From Candidatus Rokuibacteriota bacterium (GTDB lineage Bacteria; Methylomirabilota; Methylomirabilia; Rokubacteriales; CSP1-6): DNA of 13,008 nt. The DNA is taken from the NCBI GenBank assembly GCA_016184305.1, contig JACPCX010000158.1, positions 1 to 13,008 on the forward strand, read 5' to 3'. Below, piece by piece: positions 1 to 7,665 of the stretch; position 1 is the first letter of the stretch, and each line of letters opens with the position of its first letter. A program made the position numbers and the translations under genes. The notes beneath the pieces were generated by a model. The model did no database searches, was not told the origin of the DNA, and saw nothing but the letters and a program-made list of their open reading frames with translations.

Positions 1-237
1 GAACATCTCGTAGACGAAGCGCTGCCGGCGCATCTCGCCGTCGGAGAGCACATCCAGGCCCGCCTCGATCTGGTCCGCCACCGCGATGCGCGTGGCGTCC
101 TCCAGCGTCTCGTCCACGTCCTGGGGGCCGAAGCTCTGGTCGCGGATCTTCTCGCGCGCGGCCACGAGCCAGGCTGGGGAGGCGTAGCTCCCCACCCCCA
201 TCGTCGGCAGGAATGGCAGCCCGGGTCCCTTTGTCAT
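1..237 (-). CDS. Cobalamin-independent methionine synthase II (MetE C-terminal-like) family protein, 5' part; runs off the window edge
   Basis: Not in the ORF track; translated by hand from ATG at 237: MTKGPGLPFLPTMGVGSYASPAWLVAAREKIRDQSFGPQDVDETLEDATRIAVADQIEAGLDVLSDGEMRRQRFVYEMF. The 'T..vGSY' and 'Q..aGlD..sDGE.RR' motifs are typical of the family. Starts 4 nt after the livF-like stop. Confidence 0.85.
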   Translation of the reverse strand, partial: MTKGPGLPFLPTMGVGSYASPAWLVAAREKIRDQSFGPQDVDETLEDATRIAVADQIEAGLDVLSDGEMRRQRFVYEMF

Positions 238-241
238 CGGG

Positions 242-955
242 TCACAGCCCAAGATAGGCCTGCTTGATGTAGCCGCTCTGCAGGAGCTCGTCTCTGGAGC
301 CTCCCAGCGCGATTCGCCCGTTCTCGAGCACGTAGCCCCGATGCGACAGATGGAGCGCGCGGGCCACGTTCTGCTCCACCAGGAGGATCGTCGTTCCCTG
401 CCGGTTGATCTCTGCCAGGGTCTCGAAAATCATCTTCAGCACCACCGGGGCGAGCCCGAGACTCGGCTCGTCCAGCATGAGGAGCCGGGGTCTCGCCATC
501 AGCCCGCGCCCGATGGCGCACATCTGCTGCTCGCCGCCCGAGAGCGTCCCCGCCAGCTGGCCGTTGCGCTCCTGCAGCCGCGGGAAGAGCCGGAAGACCC
601 ACTCGAGCGTCTCGTGCCGGCGCGCCCGGGCCTCCCGGCCGCCGGCGCCCAGCTCGAGGTTCTCGCGCACCGTCATGCTGGGGAAGAGCTGGCGGCCTTC
701 GGGCACATGCGCCAGCCCCCGCGCCACGATCCGCGACGGCGACAGCCCGTCGAGCCGCTGGCCGTCCAGCTCGATCACGCCGCGGCGGACCGGCAAGAGC
801 CCGGTGATGGCCCGCAGCGTGGTGGTCTTGCCGGCGCCGTTGCCGCCGATGAGCGCCACCACCTCGCCCGTGCGCACCTCGAGGGAGACCTCGCGCACGG
901 CGGTGAGGTCGCCGTAGCCGACCTCGATGCCCTCAAGCCTGAGCAGTGTGGACAT
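242..955 (-). CDS. livF: LIV-family ABC transporter ATP-binding subunit (LivF-like)
   Basis: Walker A GGNGAGKTT, HVPEGRQLF, signature LSGGEQQM, Walker B LLMLDEPSLGLAP, ILLVEQN, C-terminal AYLG. Confidence 0.93.
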   Translation of the reverse strand: MSTLLRLEGIEVGYGDLTAVREVSLEVRTGEVVALIGGNGAGKTTTLRAITGLLPVRRGVIELDGQRLDGLSPSRIVARGLAHVPEGRQLFPSMTVRENLELGAGGREARARRHETLEWVFRLFPRLQERNGQLAGTLSGGEQQMCAIGRGLMARPRLLMLDEPSLGLAPVVLKMIFETLAEINRQGTTILLVEQNVARALHLSHRGYVLENGRIALGGSRDELLQSGYIKQAYLGL

Positions 956-1688
956 ATTCCTCGCCGAGATAGGCCTCGATCACGCGGGCGTCGCTGGCGA
1001 CGGCGCTCGGCGTCCCCTCCGCGATCTTCTCCCCGAAGGAGAGCACCACGATGCGGTGGGAGAGCGCCATGACGGCGCGCATGTTGTGCTCGATGAGAAG
1101 GATGGACACGCCGGACTCGTTGATGCCGGCGATGAGCCGGACGATGGCCTCGATCTCCGTCGCGTTGAGCCCCGCCACGACCTCGTCGAGCAAGAGGAGG
1201 GTGGGCTCCGTGGCCAGCGCCCGCGCCATCTCCAGACGCTTGCGGTCGGCCAGCGTGAGGCTCCCGGCCGCCACGGCCGCCTTCGGCGCGAGCCCGACCC
1301 GCTCCACCACCGCGCGAGCCTGCTCGAGCGCCTCGCGAGCATGCGCGTGGCGGGTGAGCGCGCCCACCTTCACGTTGTCGAGCACCGAGAGGTGAGGAAA
1401 GGGGCGGACGATCTGGAAGGTCCGCGCGAGCCCCTGCCGGCAGATCGCGTGCGGCTTGAGTCCCACGATGCTCCGGCCGCCGAAGCGGATCTCGCCCTTG
1501 TCCGGTCCGAGGAAGCCGGAGACGAGGTTGAAGACCGTGGTCTTCCCGGCGCCATTGGGCCCGATGAGCCCGAGCATCTCGCCCTCGGCCATGGCGAAAG
1601 ACAGGTCGCTCACGGCCTGGAGCCCCCCGAAACGCTTGGAGAGCCCGCGGACGTCGAGCAGGCTGCCGCCGCGCGCGTCCGGCGCCAT
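933..1688 (-). CDS. livG: LIV-family ABC transporter ATP-binding subunit (LivG-like)
   Basis: C-terminal part of ORF 933..2630. The start is reassigned to ATG 1688 (MAPDARGGSLLDVRGLSKRFGGLQAV), which overlaps the permease stop (TGATG). Motifs GPNGAGKTT, ARTFQ, LLLDE, LIEHNM, VIEAYLG. Confidence 0.92.
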   Translation of the reverse strand: MAPDARGGSLLDVRGLSKRFGGLQAVSDLSFAMAEGEMLGLIGPNGAGKTTVFNLVSGFLGPDKGEIRFGGRSIVGLKPHAICRQGLARTFQIVRPFPHLSVLDNVKVGALTRHAHAREALEQARAVVERVGLAPKAAVAAGSLTLADRKRLEMARALATEPTLLLLDEVVAGLNATEIEAIVRLIAGINESGVSILLIEHNMRAVMALSHRIVVLSFGEKIAEGTPSAVASDARVIEAYLGEEYVHTAQA

Positions 1689-2635
1689 CAGCCCCTCACC
1701 CTCAGGAGCAGCCGGCGGAGCGCCGGATACGCGCCCTGGGGCAGGAAGAGCACCACGCCGATCAGGAGCGCCCCGTAGACGATCAGGTGCGTGCCGGTCC
1801 AGCCGCCCTGGGAGAAGTAGGTGCGCGACAGCTCGGCCAGGGGGCTCAGGATGAACGATCCGAGGATCGGTCCGAGGATCGTGCCGGAGCCCCCGACGAT
1901 GGGGCGGATGACGATCTCCACGGACAGCGGGATGCCGAAGACCGAGTTCGGCTGCAGCGAGAAGAGGTAGAAGGCGTAGAAGGTGCCGCCGATGCCGGTC
2001 AGGAACGCCGAGACCACGATGGCCAGCATCTTGTACCGGAACGTGTCGACGCCCAGCGCCTCGCACGCGTTCTCGTCCTCGCGGATGGCCACGAGATAGG
2101 CGCCGAAGCGGTGGCGCTCGATCCAGGCAACCACGCCCGTGGCGAGGAGCATCAGCCCCAGCGAGACGTAGTAGTACACGCGGTTGTCCTGGAACTGGAA
2201 CTGGCGGGGATCGCCCGTGAAGGTGATGTACAGCCCCTGCGCCCCGCCGACCCAGTCCGTGTTGAGCGCGATGATGCGGAAGATCTCGGCGAAGGCCACC
2301 GTCAGGAGCACGAAGTAGAAGCCGCGCAGCCCGAAGCGGAAGCCGAGGTACCCGATCACCGCCCCGAGGGCGGCGGACAGGACCCCGCCCACGAGCATGC
2401 CGATCCACGGGGTGAGCCCCGCGTGGATCGACAGCATGGCCGAGGTGTAGGCGCCAAGGCCCACGAAGGCCGCGTGCCCCACGGACAGCTGTCCGGCGTA
2501 GCCGCCGATGATGTTCCACGCCTGCCCGAGGAAGGCGTAGAAGAAGATGAAGATGAAGACGGTGATGGCGTAGGAGCCCAGCACCGCCGGCAGGGCCAGC
2601 AGCACGGCGATCGCGCCGACCGCGGCCCACCTCAT
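1688..2635 (-). CDS. livM: LIV-family ABC transporter permease (LivM-like)
   Basis: Hydrophobic; motifs WNIIGGYAGQLSVGHAAFVGLGAY, LRGFYFVLLTVAF, AIREDENACEALGVD, GGSGTILGPILG. The ORF track starts at TTG 2641; ATG 2635 is preferred. Confidence 0.9.
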   Translation of the reverse strand: MRWAAVGAIAVLLALPAVLGSYAITVFIFIFFYAFLGQAWNIIGGYAGQLSVGHAAFVGLGAYTSAMLSIHAGLTPWIGMLVGGVLSAALGAVIGYLGFRFGLRGFYFVLLTVAFAEIFRIIALNTDWVGGAQGLYITFTGDPRQFQFQDNRVYYYVSLGLMLLATGVVAWIERHRFGAYLVAIREDENACEALGVDTFRYKMLAIVVSAFLTGIGGTFYAFYLFSLQPNSVFGIPLSVEIVIRPIVGGSGTILGPILGSFILSPLAELSRTYFSQGGWTGTHLIVYGALLIGVVLFLPQGAYPALRRLLLRVRG

Positions 2636-2645
2636 GGGCAACCGG

Positions 2646-3518
2646 TCATTCGCTGCCCTTCCCGAAGAGCCCGGCGGGCCGGAAGAGGAGAATGGCGATG
2701 AGGAGCGAGAAGCTCACCAGCTCCTTCATGGAGGGCGCCAGGAAGACAGCCCCCATCGACTCCGCCACGGAGACCAGCAGCCCCCCCACGAAGGCTCCGA
2801 GGAGGCTCCCCATGCCGCCGATGATGACGATGTTGAACGACGCCACCGACAGCGACAGCCCGCCGGCCGGCTGGAAGGGCAGGATGGGCGAGACGAGGGC
2901 TCCGGCGGCGCCGACGCAGGCGGCGCCGATGCCGAAGGCGACGGCGTAGACGCGGCGCACGTCGGTGCCGATCACCAGCGCGCCATAGGGATTGTCGGCC
3001 GCCGCCCGGACGGAGCGGCCGAGCGGGGTCCGGGCGAGAAAGAGATAGAGCGCGCCGGTGAGCAGGACGGCCAGGCCGAACGTCACGAGCCGCCCCACGT
3101 CCACGAAGATGGGGCCGAGCCACAGCGTGGAGGCGGTGAGCGCGGAGCGGACCCGCTGCGGGTCGGGGCCGAAGGCGACCAGCGCTGCGTTCTCGAGCAC
3201 CAGCGCCACGCCGAGCATGAGGAGGATCTGCATCTCGTGGGGGGCGTCCACGATCCGTTCCACGAGCGTCCGCTGCACCACGAACCCCACCACGAAGAGC
3301 CCCCCGGCGCACAGGACGAAGCCGGCGTATGGATCCACGCCGAGGCGCGTGGCGAGCATCCAGGCCAGGTACATCCCCCACACCATCATGTCGCCGTGCG
3401 CGAAGTTGACCACGCGCATGACGCCGAAGATGAGCGTGAGGCCCACGGCCATGAGGCTGTAGACCCCGCCGAAGAGGAGCCCGTTCAGGAGCCCCTGGCC
3501 GACGAGCGCCGCATCCAT
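2646..3518 (-). CDS. livH: LIV-family ABC transporter permease (LivH-like)
   Basis: NGLLFGGVYSLMAVGLTLIFGVMRVVNFAHG, RTPLGRSVRAAADN, IIGGMGSLLGA and LLFRPAGLFG are the typical BPD_transp_2 motifs. Confidence 0.92.
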   Translation of the reverse strand: MDAALVGQGLLNGLLFGGVYSLMAVGLTLIFGVMRVVNFAHGDMMVWGMYLAWMLATRLGVDPYAGFVLCAGGLFVVGFVVQRTLVERIVDAPHEMQILLMLGVALVLENAALVAFGPDPQRVRSALTASTLWLGPIFVDVGRLVTFGLAVLLTGALYLFLARTPLGRSVRAAADNPYGALVIGTDVRRVYAVAFGIGAACVGAAGALVSPILPFQPAGGLSLSVASFNIVIIGGMGSLLGAFVGGLLVSVAESMGAVFLAPSMKELVSFSLLIAILLFRPAGLFGKGSE

Positions 3519-3587
3519 ATCAGACCGTGCGCGTCCCCGCCCGCGCCCCGGGCCCGCGCCCCCAGCCGGCCCTGCCGTGCGGCGATA

Positions 3588-4871
3588 TCACCGCTTGGGA
3601 CGCGGGAAAACCGCCTTCTGCTGGGCGGCCTCCTTGGGCCACACGACCACGGGTTTCTGGCCCAGGATCTGGATCAGGGCGGTGGAGGCGTTGGGGTTGT
3701 CGCCGATCTCGTTGAACACCACCGGCCCCGTCGAGACCATGAGATTGGCGGTGAATCGGGTCTTCTTGATGGCGTCCACGATCGTGTCGGGGTCGGTGGA
3801 CTTCGCCCGCTCGAGCACGTCGGCGATGATCAGCATGCCGTCGTACGAGTAGCCCGAGTTGGTGTCCAGCGTCTTGCCGCCGGACCGCTTCAGATAGTCC
3901 TCGGCCAGCTTCCGGGCCCGGGGGTCCTTGAAGTTCGGCCACGGCACGCTGTCCATCACGTACTCGAGGTGCTCCTTGAGCACGGCGATCTGGCCGGCCT
4001 CGTAGAGCCCCGGGCTGCCGGGTCCGAGGACGCCCATGATCTCCACCCGCTGCTTGGCCAGCTCGGGGAGCAGGAGCTGGGCGCTCGCCGGGCGCGTGAT
4101 GGGAGCGATGATGTCGGGCTTGGCGGCCTTGGCGCGCGACACCTCGGTGGACAGGTCGGAGGGTGGCTCGGGCCACGGGATCACGTCCACGATCTCCCAG
4201 CCGGGACTGGCCGCCTTGTGGGCCGCCTGGAAGCCCTTCGCCTGGTTCTGCCCGAACAGGTCGTTGGCGTACATCAGGACCACGCGCTTGGGCGAGACCC
4301 CAGCCTCCTGGAAGATGGCGTTGAAGTACCGGACGGCGAGCTGGCCGAACATGGTGCCGGTGGGGAAGTTCCGGTAGACGTACTGGACCTTCTGCTGCCC
4401 CTCCCGCACCGCCTTGGCCACGTTGGCCGTGATCGGGTCGGCGGCGGCGATGTCGATGAGGAAAGGCACGCGGCGCTGCTGCACGACGGGCACCATGGCC
4501 GCCGCATCGCCGGAGCTGAACGGCCCCATGAGCATCTGGGCCCCCGCGTTGATGAGGCGCTCGGCCTCGGTGCGGGCCACGTCCGGCTTGCTCTGGGTGT
4601 CGCCGAGCAGGAGCTCGAGCCTGGCGCCGCCCAGGGACTTGATCCCGCCGGCGGCGTTGATCGCCTCGGCCGCGATCTGGGCGCTCAGGCGGCACGCCTG
4701 GCCCGGCTCGGCCAGCGGCCCGGTCACCCCGTGGATGACGCCGATCTTGACGGTCGGCGCCTGCGCGCGCAGGACGGCCGGGAAGCCCAGCGCCGCCGTC
4801 CCGGCAACGGCGCCGGCGGTCTTGAGGAAGGTGCGGCGGTGCAGCGTCTTGGGATCGTTGCGCTCGCTCAT
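3588..4871 (-). CDS. LIV-family (type I periplasmic) ABC substrate-binding protein with Tat signal peptide
   Basis: Start reassigned to ATG 4871 (SD-like AAGGGAG upstream). MSERNDPKTLHRRTFLKTAGAVAGTAALGFPAVLRAQ has a twin-arginine motif and an LRA|Q-type cleavage. Mature part: VKIGVIHGVTGPLAEPG...INAAGGIKSLGGARLELLLGDTQSKP. Confidence 0.9.
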   Translation of the reverse strand: MSERNDPKTLHRRTFLKTAGAVAGTAALGFPAVLRAQAPTVKIGVIHGVTGPLAEPGQACRLSAQIAAEAINAAGGIKSLGGARLELLLGDTQSKPDVARTEAERLINAGAQMLMGPFSSGDAAAMVPVVQQRRVPFLIDIAAADPITANVAKAVREGQQKVQYVYRNFPTGTMFGQLAVRYFNAIFQEAGVSPKRVVLMYANDLFGQNQAKGFQAAHKAASPGWEIVDVIPWPEPPSDLSTEVSRAKAAKPDIIAPITRPASAQLLLPELAKQRVEIMGVLGPGSPGLYEAGQIAVLKEHLEYVMDSVPWPNFKDPRARKLAEDYLKRSGGKTLDTNSGYSYDGMLIIADVLERAKSTDPDTIVDAIKKTRFTANLMVSTGPVVFNEIGDNPNASTALIQILGQKPVVVWPKEAAQQKAVFPRPKR

Positions 4872-4908
4872 GGTCGTGGTCTCCCTTGCCTGTGGCGGTT
4901 TCGGCCGG

Positions 4909-6060
4909 TCAGAGCCGGCCCACGAGCTGCTGGGCGATGACCACCCGCTGGATCTGGTTGGTCCCCTCGTAGATCTGCATGATCTTGGCATCGCGCATGA
5001 AGCGCTCGACCGGGAACTCCCGAGTGTAGCCGGCGCCGCCGAAGACCTGCACGGCATCGGTGGTCACGCGCATGGCCGCATCCGCCGCGAAGCATTTCGC
5101 CATGGACGACTCGAGCGAGGTCCCGGCGGCGCCCCGGTCCACCAGGCTCGCCACGTGGTGGACCATGAGCCGGGCGCCGTGGACCTGCATGGCCATGTCG
5201 GCCAGCATGAACTGGATGCCCTGGAACGCGGCGATGGGCTGGTTGAACTGCCGCCGCTCCCGCGCATAGCCCACCGCGGCGTCCAGCGCCGCCTGGGCGA
5301 CGCCGACCGCGGTGGCGCCCGTCATGGGCCGGGTGAAGTCGAGCGTGCGCATGGCGATCTTGAACCCTTCGCCCTCGGCCCCGAGACGGTTCTCCACCGG
5401 GACCTCGCAGTCCTGCAGATGGAAGGCCACCGTGGGCGAGGCCCGGATGCCCATCTTCTTTTCCTTCTTCCCGACCGCGAAGCCCGGGAAGCCCGGCTCG
5501 ACGAGGAACGCGGTGATCCCCTTCGCCCCCTTGCCCCGGTCCAGCGTGGCGAAGAGCGTGATCACCCCGGCGTTGGAGCCGTTCGAGCACCAGAGCTTGG
5601 TCCCGTTCAGGATGTAACGGTCGCCCTTCCGCACGGCCGTCGTCTCGAGGGCGGCCGCATCGGACCCGGCGGCGGGCTCCGAGAGCGAGTAGGCGGCGAG
5701 GATCTCCCCTGCCGCCAGCCGCGGGAGATACCGGCGCTTCTGCTCCTCCGTTCCCGCCAGCAGGATCGGGTAGCCGCCCAGCGGCGTGGCGCCCCAGTTG
5801 GTGGCCGTCCCGGCGCATGCCCAGGCGAGCTCCTCCGCCACCAGCGAGACGCCCATGGCTCCCGCATCGATGCCGCCGTATTCCTCCGGCACCCAGATCC
5901 CCATCATCCCCTGCTGGGCCAGGAGCTTCATGATCTCTTCCGGATAGGTCTCGGTCTCGTCGTGGTAGGCGGCGACCGGCGCGATCTTCTCCCGCGCGAT
6001 CTCCCGCGCCAGATCGCGGATGGCGCGCTGCTCGTCCGTGAGGTAGTAGAGCTCTCTCAT
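4909..6060 (-). CDS. Acyl-CoA dehydrogenase (short-chain/butyryl-CoA type)
   Basis: YSLSEPAAGSD, LNGTKLWCSNG, KMGIRASPT, RRQFNQPI, VQVFGGAGY and catalytic Glu in QIYEGTNQIQR. SD AGGAG lies 6 nt before the ATG. Confidence 0.95.
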   Translation of the reverse strand: MRELYYLTDEQRAIRDLAREIAREKIAPVAAYHDETETYPEEIMKLLAQQGMMGIWVPEEYGGIDAGAMGVSLVAEELAWACAGTATNWGATPLGGYPILLAGTEEQKRRYLPRLAAGEILAAYSLSEPAAGSDAAALETTAVRKGDRYILNGTKLWCSNGSNAGVITLFATLDRGKGAKGITAFLVEPGFPGFAVGKKEKKMGIRASPTVAFHLQDCEVPVENRLGAEGEGFKIAMRTLDFTRPMTGATAVGVAQAALDAAVGYARERRQFNQPIAAFQGIQFMLADMAMQVHGARLMVHHVASLVDRGAAGTSLESSMAKCFAADAAMRVTTDAVQVFGGAGYTREFPVERFMRDAKIMQIYEGTNQIQRVVIAQQLVGRL

Positions 6061-6115
6061 GGCCTGCTCCTGCTTCGCACCGGGGCTCCCGGCCTCGCCG
6101 CCGTCACCGTCATCC

Positions 6116-6973
6116 TCACTTCGCGCTGTGGTCGTAAAACCCCTGGCCGCTCTTGCGACCGAGCCGCCCGGCCATCACCATGCGTTTCAGGAGCGGGGGT
6201 GGGGCGTAGCGTGGCTCGCGGAACTCCTCGAACATGACCTCGGCCACGAACATGGTGGTGTCGAGCCCCACCAGGTCGAGGAGCGTGAACGGCCCCATGG
6301 GGTAGCCGCAGCCGAGCTTCATGGCCTGGTCGATGTCCTCGAGGGTGGCGAGTCCGCCCTCGTACACCCGGATCGCGTCCAGGAGGTACGGCACCAGGAG
6401 CCGGTTCACGATGAAGGCCGTCGAGTCCTTCGTCTTCACCGGCACCTTGCCGATGGCCTGCACCCACTCGTAGGCCGCGAGCACGCTCTTGTCGCCGGTG
6501 AGGAGGGACTGCACCACCTCCACGAGCTTCATCAGCGGCACCGGGTTGAAGAAGTGCAGGCCCAGCACCTGCCCGGGGCGCCTGGTCGCCGCGGCCATGG
6601 CGGTGACGTTGCACGACGAGGTGTTGGAGGCAAGCAGCGCATGCGGCGGGCAGATGGCGTCGAGCCTGGCGAAGGTCTCGTTCTTCAGCGGCTGGTTCTC
6701 GGTGATCGCCTCGATGACGAGGTCGCACTCCTTGAGGGCGTCGAAGCTGGTCGCGCCCCGGAGCCGCCCGAGGATCTCCTTCTTGCCCGCCTCGTCCATC
6801 CTCGCCTTGGCGACGAGGGCATCGAGGTTCTTTCTGATCGAACCGAGCCCCTTGTCCAGCAGTTCCTGGTTCGCCTCGACCACCGTGGTCGGAAAGCCCG
6901 CCTGGGCGGACACCTGGGCGATCCCGGACCCCATCAGCCCGCATCCGATGACTCCGACATTCTTGATGGCCAT
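6116..6973 (-). CDS. hbd: 3-hydroxybutyryl-CoA / 3-hydroxyacyl-CoA dehydrogenase
   Basis: Rossmann motif VGVIGCGLMGSGIA, VIEAITEN, LASNTSS, catalytic His in GLHFFNPVP, GYPMGPF, GRLGRKSGQGFY. Start moved to ATG 6973 (SD AAAGGAG upstream). Confidence 0.92.
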   Translation of the reverse strand: MAIKNVGVIGCGLMGSGIAQVSAQAGFPTTVVEANQELLDKGLGSIRKNLDALVAKARMDEAGKKEILGRLRGATSFDALKECDLVIEAITENQPLKNETFARLDAICPPHALLASNTSSCNVTAMAAATRRPGQVLGLHFFNPVPLMKLVEVVQSLLTGDKSVLAAYEWVQAIGKVPVKTKDSTAFIVNRLLVPYLLDAIRVYEGGLATLEDIDQAMKLGCGYPMGPFTLLDLVGLDTTMFVAEVMFEEFREPRYAPPPLLKRMVMAGRLGRKSGQGFYDHSAK

Positions 6974-7004
6974 GCCTCGGTGCTCCTTTGTCACGCCTTA
7001 CTGT

Positions 7005-7010
7005 AGTTTA
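7005..7010 (-). promoter_or_regulatory. Possible sigma70 -10 element (TAAACT) upstream of hbd
   Basis: TAAACT in a short AT-rich patch about 30 nt upstream of the hbd ATG. There is no consensus -35; that position falls inside repeat copy A. Confidence 0.3.
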
Positions 7011-7260
7011 CTTCGCGTTGCGGTTGGGCCTCTTCGCGCCTCCGGCGCTCATCGGACGCCCGCACCACCGTGTGGCCTCTGACCGGGTCGCCTGGATGTG
7101 GATGCCTTCGCGTTGCGGTTGGGCCTCTTCGGGCCTCTGGCCCTTATTCATCTATCTTGGTTGAATGTGACTGACTCTGCCTGGCGGTTGGGCCTCTTCG
7201 CGCAAGCGCTCATCGGGGCGTCCCCATCACCGTCTGGCCTCTTCGGGCTAGCGCTCACGG
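7011..7260. repeat. Cluster of four related hairpin-forming intergenic repeats (REP/MITE-like or structured RNA)
   Basis: Identical 26-mer CTTCGCGTTGCGGTTGGGCCTCTTCG at 7011-7036 and 7106-7131. The 20-mer GCGGTTGGGCCTCTTCGCGC occurs at 7020-7039 and 7184-7203. Core GGCCTCTTCG occurs at 7027, 7122, 7191 and 7236. GCGCTCATCGG and CACCGTNTGGCCTCT are shared by copies A and C. Confidence 0.85.
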
Positions 7261-7290
7261 TGGCAGCGCGGGGGTGACGGCTGCCGTCGG

Positions 7291-7665
7291 CTAGCGGCGG
7301 GTGTAGCCCGGCAGGGGCAGCGGCGCGAGCTTTGCCTCGTGGGCCAGATCCCCCTCCGGGCAGGCGTTCTTGATGACCAGGCCCAGGTTGCTCCGTCCGT
7401 AGCGGACCGATCCGTCGGGCAGCACCTCCTGAGCATCGGCCCGTCGGGCCGGCACCGGGCCTGCGTCGCGCCGGAGCGACTCCCTGAACGCCGTCTCCTG
7501 TGATTCCACCGGCTGACGCATGAGGTTGAGGAGCGTCGGGCCGGCCGGTGGGATCGCGCTCGTCTCGGCCTGCGCCGGCGCAGGCGAGCCCCAGAGGAAC
7601 GAGGCCAGCGCCAGCGTCCCGATCGGAAGCGCACAGCGCCGCGCAGCGCCGCGCCGCTCAGCCAT
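7291..7665 (-). CDS. Hypothetical secreted protein (124 aa)
   Basis: ATG 7665 overlaps the thiolase stop (ATGGCTGA). Signal-peptide-like N-terminus MAERRGAARRCALPIGTLALASFLWGSPAPAQA with an AQA cleavage motif. Fills the gap after the thiolase on the coding strand. Confidence 0.65.
   Translation of the reverse strand: MAERRGAARRCALPIGTLALASFLWGSPAPAQAETSAIPPAGPTLLNLMRQPVESQETAFRESLRRDAGPVPARRADAQEVLPDGSVRYGRSNLGLVIKNACPEGDLAHEAKLAPLPLPGYTRR

Noticed and set aside
933..2630. 565-aa permease-ATPase fusion or extended LivG
   Set aside because: The N-terminal part is an Arg/Pro/Gly-rich off-frame read of livM. The real start is ATG 1688, coupled by TGATG.
341..7006. Long plus-strand ORFs (e.g. 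927..1778, 2634..4940, 4414..6237, 6059..7006)
   Set aside because: They are antisense shadows of well-supported minus-strand genes, expected from high-GC codon bias, and contain no recognisable motifs.
7027..7220. Hammerhead ribozyme: minus-strand CCGAUGA-stem-GAAG resembles the CUGANGA-stem II-GAAA core
   Set aside because: Two conserved core positions differ (U4 and A15.1), and no same-strand partner for stem III with an NUH cleavage triplet could be found. A simple hairpin with G-A pairs explains the pattern better. A co-transcriptional cleavage assay would settle it.
7011..7260. CRISPR array
   Set aside because: Spacing is irregular (95/69/45 nt), repeat lengths are unequal, the 'spacers' resemble each other, and there are no cas genes or leader.
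7248..7634. Alternative-frame 128-aa ORF
   Set aside because: Arg-rich composition typical of an off-frame read. The 7291..7665 frame has a signal peptide and a coupled start.
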